Assembly: GCA_043816965.1 (NCBI GenBank)
Contig: JBDRHK010000052.1
Coordinates: forward strand, 1 to 19,981
Origin: Candidatus Iainarchaeum sp.
Lineage (GTDB): Archaea; Iainarchaeota; Iainarchaeia; Iainarchaeales; JAFCCJ01
Length of the DNA stretch: 19,981 nt
Direction of reading: 5' to 3'
How positions within the stretch are numbered: position 1 is the first letter of the stretch; every line of letters begins with the position of its first letter. This document shows positions 1 through 7,631 of this stretch, piece after piece. Made by a program: the position numbers and the translations under genes. The notes beneath the pieces were generated by a model. It did no database searches. It had not been told where the DNA came from and saw only the letters and a list, made by a program, of their open reading frames with translations.

Positions 1-93
1 AGCACGCAGTCTGGCTTCCAAAGCAGAAATGCGTTGCTTCAACTCCTCATTTTCCCTGATGAGTTTAAGCTCAAGTTCAGTGTGTTGGGACAC
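1..93 (-). CDS. N-terminus of a probable IS66-family transposase (partial, runs off the window)
   Basis: Manual translation from GTG at 93: MSQHTELELKLIRENEELKQRISALEARLRA. This leucine-zipper-like pattern is typical of the IS66 transposase N-terminus. An in-frame stop lies upstream at 121-123. Only 31 codons are visible. Confidence 0.55.
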   Translation of the reverse strand, partial: MSQHTELELKLIRENEELKQRISALEARLRA

Positions 94-141
94 AACAGTA
101 AGACGAAGAACTACTATTTCTCATTTTCGGTTAGCAGATAC
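1..141 (-). mobile_element. Left end of a probable IS66-family insertion sequence (continues beyond the window)
   Basis: The minus strand from 141 reads GTATCTGCTAACCG, resembling IS66-type GTAA(C/G)..TT.A termini. A GTG 48 nt inside starts an ORF with a coiled-coil N-terminus like IS66 TnpC. The flanking plus-strand ORF is open right up to this junction. Confidence 0.55.
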
Positions 142-512
142 CCAGAAAGAAAAAGCTTTTGAATAGCAAGATGATTAAGATTATCCTGGAGGACGGAATT
201 ATCGGGATATCCAAAAAAGCGATTTCAGAGGCCATTAAAGAAACCCCTGGGAAAAGAATTAATGAAATTTTTAGTGACCCAAAGAAGTTGGATAGCTTTG
301 TACTTAATTTTATAATTTCAGAAGTTCGAAAGGGCCTTCTTAAAGATTCTGAAGAATCTGTAACCAAATTTAATGGTTATTTAAAAAAATTAAAAGAAAA
401 AATACAAATTACGCCAAAAATTGTTATTAGGATCAGCCAGATAATGAGGAACGACACAGAAAAAAGAGATACTTGGGATCTTGTGGATACAATAATCAAT
501 GAAAATAGATAA
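142..512 (+). pseudogene. AT-rich helical hypothetical protein, probably the 3' remnant of a gene interrupted by the IS
   Basis: The frame of ORF 159..512 is open back to 135, across the putative IS terminus at 141. There is no evident SD before TTG159 or ATG171. It could alternatively be an intact 113-117 aa hypothetical protein. Confidence 0.45.
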
Positions 513-538
513 TAAATTCCTCAGGCTAATTATGCTCT

Positions 539-555
539 GGAAAGTAATTTAAACA
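539..555 (+). promoter_or_regulatory. Putative BRE/TATA promoter of the surface-protein operon
   Basis: Purine-rich GGAAAG followed by TTTAAA (548-553), about 26 nt before ATG580. This spacing fits a leaderless archaeal transcript. Confidence 0.45.
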
Positions 556-579
556 CAAAAACATAATATATAGGGTTAA

Positions 580-3500
580 ATGACGAGAGGAAATTGCGTA
601 AAACTGCTGGCAGGGCTTGCAATTCTGCTGCTCGCGGTTAATGCATCTGCTGCGGAAATAGTCACCTATGCAAGGGGCTCGGATTATGAAATTTCTATTG
701 ACGGCGGCACTTATTATAGCGCTTCATTTTATGTCCCAACCGCCTCCTCAACCACGACAGATTTGACGACCAATGTCAGTTCAGGAACCCATGAGATAGG
801 GAGATGGTATACTTTTATTTTGGCGGAAAACCAGATTATATCAGGGACAACATGGAGCTGGATATCAAGCATATCCTCATCTAACGCCTCTGCAAAACTT
901 AAAATGCTGCTTTATGACTTTGACCCTCTGAGCGGAAGCAGCACACTGATAATGGAGAGCGATCTTGTTGAAATGTCTGTAGCAGCCTCGGCCCTCCTTA
1001 TGCAAGGTGATATTGATTCCCCTTATTCAATATCTGCAGGACACAGGTTGAAGGGAGTGCTGGAATACACCGCGGCTTCCTCAGGCGGGCAGATTTCACT
1101 GAAGGTTGATGAATACCTTTCAGGGCACGCCCTTTCCTTCAACGACCCAAAGGGAAATACCTACCTCATCAACGATCTAAAGGGCACGATAATTACTTCA
1201 TCCGACATATGCGGCAGCCCTGCATGCACTTCCAACAGCGATTGTGATGACGGGGAGTCAGGAACAATTGACATATGCCATGAGCCTAACTCCTGCACAG
1301 CATATTGTTCAAATGAAAGCGCAGTAATAACCTGCAACAGCAATGCCGAATGCAATGACAATAATCCATTGACAACAGATACCTGCACAAGCCCAGGCAC
1401 TATTGAATCAAGATGCGTTAATTCATCCTGCCCTGTTGCCTGTGGCAGTGACCTTGATTGTGATGATGGCAATCCTGTGACTGCTGATATCTGTTACAAT
1501 GAAGGGAGCTGCCTGGCAGCCTGTTCTAATTCCGGGGAATGCATTATAGGCTGCGGGTCAGATGCAGATTGTGATGACGGCAACCCATTGACTACTGAAA
1601 CCTGCCAGGGGCCAGGGGATTGCGGCTCTTTCTGCTCCTACAATGTGTGTGAAATTGCATGCCATTCTAATTCAGATTGTGATGACGGCAACCCATTGAC
1701 CAGTAACTCATGCCAGAGTGCAGGGCAGTGCAATTCTTCCTGTGTCTCTACCGTTTGTTCCACAATATGTACTGAAAATGCAGATTGTGATGACGGGGAT
1801 TTAGGAACAGCTGATGTTTGCGTTGGTGCAGGAAAGTGCAACGCAATATGCTGGAATTCTACAACATGCGGAAATGGAATTTGTGATGAGGATGAAACCC
1901 AGTGCAATTGCCCTGGTGATTGCGGAAGCTGTACAGGAACAACTGCCGGGGTTTGCACCGGCTATGGATGTGACAGGCATTCATGCAGAATCCTTAAAAC
2001 CCTTGGCTGCTGCGGAAATGACGTTTGTGAGCTTGGGGAGGACTATTCAAACTGCGCAACAGACTGTAAGCCAAGGTCTGTTAAAATAACCGCCATAGAT
2101 TCCCCCACCGGATCGCCGCTTATTATCGCCGAGGAAGTAACTGTAAAAGTTTCTGTTGAGGCTGATGGGCTTAAGATTAACAATGCGAAAGTGACCGCAA
2201 AAGGCTTTTTTGGCGAATTGGTTCTCTTCAACGACGGACAACATGGTGATGGAATCTCAAACGACAATGTTTATGCAAACACTTTTACCATTCTGGAGGG
2301 CGTTAAGGAAGGCAGCCATCCTGTGACAATCGAGGCCGAGTTTGCAGGGAGAACCGGTTTGCTGGTTGAGACATACCTTGTTTCCCCCCGCCTTAATATC
2401 ACGCTTGCCACTGACAAGGAAAAGTACAATGTGGGGGATGTTATCAGGGCTTATGGTTTTCTAAAGAAAAAGGAGACGCCATTTGAGAATCTGATTGATG
2501 CCAATATTTTAGTAGAAGGCAGGGCACTTTACAAGAAACAAATCAGTTCCTCAGGAGAGGGGAAATATGAGTTTGAGTATCACAGCAGTTTTCTGGATAG
2601 GTCTGGCAGCTGGATTATAACTGTTCACAGCATAGACCAAAATGGGAATGTCGGCCTTGTGACAAAAACCATCGAGTTCTCCTCGCCAGACATAACCTCT
2701 TTCCTTGAGGTTGAACTGGAAGATTTGAACAAAACAACCTACCGCAGGGGGGAAAGTGTTGAGTTGGTGGCAAGGGTCAGAAACAAGGAGGGGGGCCTTA
2801 TAACTGATGCCTCGGTTTCAACAATTGGCCTAAGAGGCGAAAAAATAGATTTCAGGGAAATTGAAGATGGCAAATATCTGGGGACAATTCCTATCGGGTT
2901 TGACTCTGAAATTGGGACGCATCTATTCAAGGTTATTGCCCTGAAAGTGGACGGGGCCACGACCCATGGCGGGGGAACTGAAACCTCGATAGAAGTGACC
3001 GCAATAGAGATACTCTATAAATTGCTTGAGCCAAGCACCACCCATTACCAAATTGGGGAAGAACTGCTGATTAAGATTAGGCTAACTTATCCCAATGATG
3101 AGCCGGTAACAAAAAGCACTATAGATGCAAATGTCAATGGAAATCCTGTTGGGTTTAGATCTGTGGAAAACGGGGTTTATGCAGGGACATATTTAATTAG
3201 GGAATCTGATTCAGGGGCCATGATATTGGAGTTCTTAGCCATAGATGAATATGGAAACCGCTCACAGGCAGGAAGCCTGGAACTGGAAGTTTCCGGAATT
3301 TCAATATGGCATTATGTAAGGGAGTTTTCGCTCACCGTACTTATTCTTGCTTTTTTAGGAGTGGTTGTGGCCTTTGTGGCATTTACATATCTCAACTATT
3401 TCAGGAAGATTTTCTTTATGAAGAAAAGGGGCGGGGAGATAATTGCATTGATAAAAGATGCGCAAACCCAGTATTTCAAGGATGCCACTATGGACAAGCG

Positions 3501-3633
3501 CAACTATGATTCTTTGATAATGGATTATATGACTGAACTAGAGGATTTAAAGAAGAGCCTTACTTTCCTGAACAGACACAAGCCATTCAACATAGACATT
3601 AAGTTCAAGTTTTTGGAAAGTGAGCTTAAATGA
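580..3633 (+). CDS. Large Cys-rich single-pass cell-surface protein (signal peptide, N-terminal beta domain, 6 Cys repeats, CGNG-type Cys modules, choice-of-anchor-X-like and Ig/MG2-like domains, TM, cytoplasmic tail)
   Basis: 1017-aa ORF with signal peptide ending NASA-A and CxxxxDCDDGNPxTxDxC repeats. Contains LFNDGQHGDGISNDNVY and Ig-like domain starts TDKEKYNVGD, NKTTYRRGE and TTHYQIGE. TM helix LTVLILAFLGVVVAFVAFTYL; tail IKDAQTQYFKDATMDKRNYDSL. Confidence 0.9.
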   Translation: MTRGNCVKLLAGLAILLLAVNASAAEIVTYARGSDYEISIDGGTYYSASFYVPTASSTTTDLTTNVSSGTHEIGRWYTFILAENQIISGTTWSWISSISSSNASAKLKMLLYDFDPLSGSSTLIMESDLVEMSVAASALLMQGDIDSPYSISAGHRLKGVLEYTAASSGGQISLKVDEYLSGHALSFNDPKGNTYLINDLKGTIITSSDICGSPACTSNSDCDDGESGTIDICHEPNSCTAYCSNESAVITCNSNAECNDNNPLTTDTCTSPGTIESRCVNSSCPVACGSDLDCDDGNPVTADICYNEGSCLAACSNSGECIIGCGSDADCDDGNPLTTETCQGPGDCGSFCSYNVCEIACHSNSDCDDGNPLTSNSCQSAGQCNSSCVSTVCSTICTENADCDDGDLGTADVCVGAGKCNAICWNSTTCGNGICDEDETQCNCPGDCGSCTGTTAGVCTGYGCDRHSCRILKTLGCCGNDVCELGEDYSNCATDCKPRSVKITAIDSPTGSPLIIAEEVTVKVSVEADGLKINNAKVTAKGFFGELVLFNDGQHGDGISNDNVYANTFTILEGVKEGSHPVTIEAEFAGRTGLLVETYLVSPRLNITLATDKEKYNVGDVIRAYGFLKKKETPFENLIDANILVEGRALYKKQISSSGEGKYEFEYHSSFLDRSGSWIITVHSIDQNGNVGLVTKTIEFSSPDITSFLEVELEDLNKTTYRRGESVELVARVRNKEGGLITDASVSTIGLRGEKIDFREIEDGKYLGTIPIGFDSEIGTHLFKVIALKVDGATTHGGGTETSIEVTAIEILYKLLEPSTTHYQIGEELLIKIRLTYPNDEPVTKSTIDANVNGNPVGFRSVENGVYAGTYLIRESDSGAMILEFLAIDEYGNRSQAGSLELEVSGISIWHYVREFSLTVLILAFLGVVVAFVAFTYLNYFRKIFFMKKRGGEIIALIKDAQTQYFKDATMDKRNYDSLIMDYMTELEDLKKSLTFLNRHKPFNIDIKFKFLESELK
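1210..1866 (+). repeat. Six tandem ~108-bp (36-aa) Cys-rich coding repeats
   Basis: Unit C-x3-C-x5-C-DDGNPxTxDx-C-x5-C-x3-C. The exact 28-mer CAGATTGTGATGACGGCAACCCATTGAC occurs at 1565-1592 and 1673-1700 (108-bp period). Confidence 0.9.
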
Positions 3634-6347
3634 AAATTAATCCCTGCTGGTTTGTTGTTTTGATTGCCTTTCTCCTATTGTCATCCTATGCATCTGCATC
3701 GGTAAATGTTTTCTGGTTAAGGGGGACAAAAACATTGCCTGAAGCGCCTTATTATTCGATGAACAGCTCCCCGCCAAATGCAAATTCTGCAAAGGCCGAT
3801 CTTTCGGTAAATACTAAAATCGGGGAAAATGAATGGGTAAGGTGGTATTCAAGCGGCTTTTCCCAGAACCTTCTAATCTCAGGCAAGGTTTATGTCTGGT
3901 TCTCAAAAATGGGAATTTCAAATGATTCCGGCTCATGGAAATGGATATTATATGAACTTGACCCTTTGAACAACACCGAGGAATTGCTTGCTGAATCTGA
4001 TTGGGCTGCATTCCCTGATAATTCCGAGAATGAATCTTCTGCACAAATTCCCGTGCCTGCCCTGATTGAGGCAAGGCACAAACTAAAGCTTGTGCTAAAA
4101 TACAATTCCGTGAATGGTGGGGGAAAGGCCAATCTGTCTTTGGATGAGGGGAGTGAGGGCACCAATACTGTATGGAACACTTCAGAAGGGCTGACATTTA
4201 CCGCATACAATGTAAAGAGTGCGGGGATAATTCAGTTCAATCTTTGCGGGGAGAGTGCCGATTGCGGCACAGATATTGACTGTGATGATGACAATCCATT
4301 AACCGGTGACAAGTGCCTGAATGTCGGCAGCTGTGACGCAAGCTGCTCAAATCTTGAGTGCATAACCAAATGCAAATTCGATAGTGATTGTGATGATGGG
4401 AGTGCCCTGACCAATGACAAATGCATTGATGCAGGGGTGTGTGATGCATACTGTTCTTCCGAAAGCTGCGAACTTGCATGCAACAGCAACAAGGATTGTT
4501 CAGACAGTAATCCCTTTACAACAGATATCTGCCTTTTTGTGGGAACATGCATGTCGGAATGTGAAAACAAGATGTGCGCACCTGAATGCTCAAAAAACGC
4601 AGATTGTGATGACGGTGATTCAGGAACAGCTGATGTTTGTGTTGGTTCAGAAAGCTGCAATACGGTGTGCTGGAATTCATTAAGCTGCGGGAACGGAGTC
4701 TGTGACGAGGGTGAAACCAAATGCAATTGCCCTGGTGATTGCGGAAGCTGTGAAGGGAAATGGTCTATTTGCGGAGAAATGCAATGCAATGGACTTAGTT
4801 GTGAAAATGCGGTTGATGCTGAATGCTGCGGAAATGGCCTTTGTGAATTGGCAGAATCTGCGGAAAGTTGCGCCCTTGATTGCGCAACAGCTTTCAGTGC
4901 TGAAGTTGTTGCTCCGAAGGATGGTGAATTTTTTCTTTTAGGAAGCGATTTCGTTCTCAATCTGCGCCTTTCGGACGGGAATGTTTCGGTCCTTGATGCA
5001 GATATTGCGGCAAAGGGCTTTTTTGGGGAAGTGGTTCTTTTGGATGATGGCGAACATAATGACCTGGCCATAAATGACGGGGTTTATGGGAATAAAATTT
5101 ATGTTTCGGGGGATGTTTCAGGTGGAGTTAAGCCAATTATTATCAATGTTTCAAAGGGTGCGGATGAGATTTATGTGTTAAAAGAAGTTGTTGTTGCATC
5201 AAGGCTTTCCTTGGAATTAAGGGCTGTTAAAGATAGCTATGCTGTCGGAGAGGAAATAAATTTGGGGGGATTTGTAAAAAGGGGCGGAGTAGGCATAAAA
5301 ACCAGTGTGGGCATAGGAATTACCCTGGGCGGGCAGGCAATCCATGAGGAAATGGTTTATTCGAATGAGGACGGGTTTTTTGAGGCGAGTTATAAGAGCA
5401 ACTTTTCAGACCCATCAGGGAACTGGATTATTTCTGCAGATGCCAAGGATACTTCAGGGAACAGCGGGCATGCAGAACAGAAAATAAGTTTTATGGCGCC
5501 TTCGGTTTTGAATATTGTGGAAATAAATTTTATTGGGGGCCCAAAAGAGAAATACTATCGCGGGGAATCAATTGCATTGTTTTTGGAGATTATTGATCAG
5601 TCAGGGGAAAAGATTAAGGGGGCAGATGTCAAGATACTTACGGCATCAAATGATTTGGTAAGTTTTGTGGAAGAGGGAGGAGGTTATCGCTCCACAGTGC
5701 CTGTGGAGATAGATGCAGAACTTGGGAATCAGAGATATGTGATTTCTGCGTTGAAAATCATTGGGGATGAGCTCTTTGGCGGGGAGAAATCCTTTGAGGC
5801 AGAGATTCTTGAATCCGAGCTTTTAATCGACATTCTGGAGCCAAAACAGCGTAATTTCGCCATAGGAGACATCATAAAATTCCATGTAAGGCTTAGTTAT
5901 TCGGGAAACCGGCCTGTTGAGGAGGCATTTATTGAGACTACTATCGGGAATGATCTTATTGAGATGCAAAGGCACGGCTCTGGAGTGCCCGGGGAATTCA
6001 TTGCCGAATACAGGGTTTCTTCTGATAATTACTTTGTTTATTCAATAACTGCCCATGATTTGTTCGGGAATTCTGTGGAAAAGGATGTGGAATTCACTTC
6101 CAGCGGGATTTCACCTATTTACCTATTGCAGGAAAACCTGATTATTATTTTGAGTGTCTCACTCATAATAGTTTTGTTCCTTATCCACCAGAAACGCAAA
6201 GCAAGCAGGAAAGACATGAAAACAGAGCTTATGATGAAAATTAAGAATCTTCAGACCGCATATTTCAAGGAGGGAGCCATTAACCGTGGGGAATATGATA
6301 AGATAATGCTTAAATATGAGGGAGAATTAAAAGATTTGGAAAAGTGA
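3630..6347 (+). CDS. Second Cys-rich single-pass cell-surface protein, full-length paralog of 580..3633 with 4 Cys repeats
   Basis: 905-aa ORF with an ATGA overlap on the upstream stop and a signal peptide ending YASA-S. Shared motifs with ORF1: RWYS/RWYT, LYELDP/LYDFDP, HKLKLVLKY/HRLKGVLEY, AKGFFGE, and LLDDGEHNDLAINDGVY. TM IIILSVSLIIVLFLI; tail IKNLQTAYFKEGAINRGEYDKI. Confidence 0.9.
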   Translation: MKINPCWFVVLIAFLLLSSYASASVNVFWLRGTKTLPEAPYYSMNSSPPNANSAKADLSVNTKIGENEWVRWYSSGFSQNLLISGKVYVWFSKMGISNDSGSWKWILYELDPLNNTEELLAESDWAAFPDNSENESSAQIPVPALIEARHKLKLVLKYNSVNGGGKANLSLDEGSEGTNTVWNTSEGLTFTAYNVKSAGIIQFNLCGESADCGTDIDCDDDNPLTGDKCLNVGSCDASCSNLECITKCKFDSDCDDGSALTNDKCIDAGVCDAYCSSESCELACNSNKDCSDSNPFTTDICLFVGTCMSECENKMCAPECSKNADCDDGDSGTADVCVGSESCNTVCWNSLSCGNGVCDEGETKCNCPGDCGSCEGKWSICGEMQCNGLSCENAVDAECCGNGLCELAESAESCALDCATAFSAEVVAPKDGEFFLLGSDFVLNLRLSDGNVSVLDADIAAKGFFGEVVLLDDGEHNDLAINDGVYGNKIYVSGDVSGGVKPIIINVSKGADEIYVLKEVVVASRLSLELRAVKDSYAVGEEINLGGFVKRGGVGIKTSVGIGITLGGQAIHEEMVYSNEDGFFEASYKSNFSDPSGNWIISADAKDTSGNSGHAEQKISFMAPSVLNIVEINFIGGPKEKYYRGESIALFLEIIDQSGEKIKGADVKILTASNDLVSFVEEGGGYRSTVPVEIDAELGNQRYVISALKIIGDELFGGEKSFEAEILESELLIDILEPKQRNFAIGDIIKFHVRLSYSGNRPVEEAFIETTIGNDLIEMQRHGSGVPGEFIAEYRVSSDNYFVYSITAHDLFGNSVEKDVEFTSSGISPIYLLQENLIIILSVSLIIVLFLIHQKRKASRKDMKTELMMKIKNLQTAYFKEGAINRGEYDKIMLKYEGELKDLEK
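4245..4685 (+). repeat. Four tandem 36-aa Cys-rich coding repeats
   Basis: CGTDIDCDDDNPLTGDKC, CKFDSDCDDGSALTNDKC, CNSNKDCSDSNPFTTDIC and CSKNADCDDGDSGTADVC. Confidence 0.9.
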
Positions 6348-6352
6348 TTTTT

Positions 6353-7564
6353 ATGCGCAGGATTGTTGTTCTTCTTTTGATAGTGTTGCTTGCGGCTTCG
6401 GCATTTGCAATTAGTGTTGAGACTGACAAGGCCAGCTATGAGAAAGGGGAATTTATTTCAATAACCGGGGAATGCCTTAAGGACACAGGGCTTACGCTTT
6501 TGATTACTGCTTCAGGGAGAAAGTTGCATGAGGAAAAGATCTATTGCAACAAAAATTCAAGGTATTTCCTAAACTATAAAACCAGCTTCCTTGATCCGAA
6601 GGCCAAATGGGACCTTAAAGTTTTGCAGGGCGGGGAGGATGATGAGACCCAGCTTTACATGTATCCTAAAAATGAAGGCGCGTTTTATCTCATAACCTTC
6701 CTCAGCCCAAGCCCTGGAAAATACAAGAAGGGCGAGGATTTGACTTTGAGTGTAAAGGTTCTTGATGCGGGGGAAGCGGTTACAGATGCAAATGTAATAA
6801 GCTGGGGCGTTATGGGGGAGAAACTGCAGCTGGAAAACAGGGGAGGGGGAATTTATTCCATTGATTTGGCAATTCCTTTTGACAGTGAAAAAACAGCGTG
6901 GGATTTTATTGTTCTTGCACAAAGCGCTAAAAGGGGCAATATTTTTGGCGGGGAGCAAAGCCTTGGCATAGAAATAGAATCGGCACAGATAATAATTGAG
7001 GTAATACAACCTGAGGTCCATGAATATGATTTGAGCACGCCACTTCCCCTTGAGGCCAGGATAAAATATTCTGATGGCAAGGCGGTTAAAAATCTTCAGG
7101 AGATAGGGGCGGAGATTTCAGGGGTGAAGATTCTATTGTCAGAAATCGGGGAGGGGCTTTTTTCATCTGAACATCTTATGAGCTGCGATGATGCCGGATC
7201 TGTTTCCATCAGATTTTTTGCGTCTGACACTGCAGGTAACTCTGGGCAGGCAACCAAGAATATAGTGGCCACAGGCCAAATCGGGTGTTTTTTGAGGGAT
7301 AACTGGATTTACATTCTCGTAATCATTGTACTTGTTGTTACAGTAAGCCTGTTTGCATATTCGAGGCTTTCGCATAACCTTAAGACCAAGTTGCTGAAGA
7401 ATGAGCGGGACAAAACCATGAACCTTATCAAGTCCCTGCAGGAGGATTATTTCACAAAAGGGGTTATGCCTGCTATTTCCTACAAAAAGAACCTTGCAAA
7501 ATACCAGGCAAAAATAAATGAACTTGACAAGAAAATAAAGGATTTGGAAGGGGCTAAAAAGTAG
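6353..7564 (+). CDS. Third, minimal paralog: signal peptide, three Ig/MG2-like domains, TM and the same cytoplasmic tail
   Basis: The ORF track starts at GTG6344, but ATG6353 (MRRIVVLLLIVLLAASAFA-) gives a clean signal peptide. TDKASYEKGE, YKTSFLDP, KYKKGE and FGGE align with the C-terminal halves of both upstream proteins. Tail IKSLQEDYFTKGVMPAISYKKNLAKY. Confidence 0.88.
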   Translation: MRRIVVLLLIVLLAASAFAISVETDKASYEKGEFISITGECLKDTGLTLLITASGRKLHEEKIYCNKNSRYFLNYKTSFLDPKAKWDLKVLQGGEDDETQLYMYPKNEGAFYLITFLSPSPGKYKKGEDLTLSVKVLDAGEAVTDANVISWGVMGEKLQLENRGGGIYSIDLAIPFDSEKTAWDFIVLAQSAKRGNIFGGEQSLGIEIESAQIIIEVIQPEVHEYDLSTPLPLEARIKYSDGKAVKNLQEIGAEISGVKILLSEIGEGLFSSEHLMSCDDAGSVSIRFFASDTAGNSGQATKNIVATGQIGCFLRDNWIYILVIIVLVVTVSLFAYSRLSHNLKTKLLKNERDKTMNLIKSLQEDYFTKGVMPAISYKKNLAKYQAKINELDKKIKDLEGAKK

Positions 7565-7590
7565 CAGGGTTTTATTTAATCTAAGTGGCT

Positions 7591-7620
7591 GCAAAACTCT
7601 TTTATAGATGTTAAGCATCT
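7591..7620 (+). promoter_or_regulatory. Putative BRE/TATA promoter for the KaiC-like ATPase with an adjacent short inverted repeat
   Basis: GCAAAA followed by TTTTATAG (7600-7607), about 24 nt before ATG7632. AGATG-ttaag-CATCT inverted repeat at 7606-7620. Confidence 0.4.
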
Positions 7621-7631
7621 TTATTTGTGAT

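Noticed and set aside
1565..1700. CRISPR-like 28-bp direct repeats
   Set aside because: In-frame coding repeats with a 108-bp period and homologous intervening sequence; no cas genes.
1780..4751. Diversity-generating retroelement TR/VR pair
   Set aside because: Mismatches between the two similar blocks are not adenine-specific (e.g. G/T, T/C). Both copies are mid-gene, and no reverse transcriptase is present.
4232..5071. 279-aa antisense ORF, and similar ones at 1161-1472 and 1638-1958
   Set aside because: Reverse-frame shadows of the Cys/Asp repeats (Gln/Ser/His-rich), with no independent signals.
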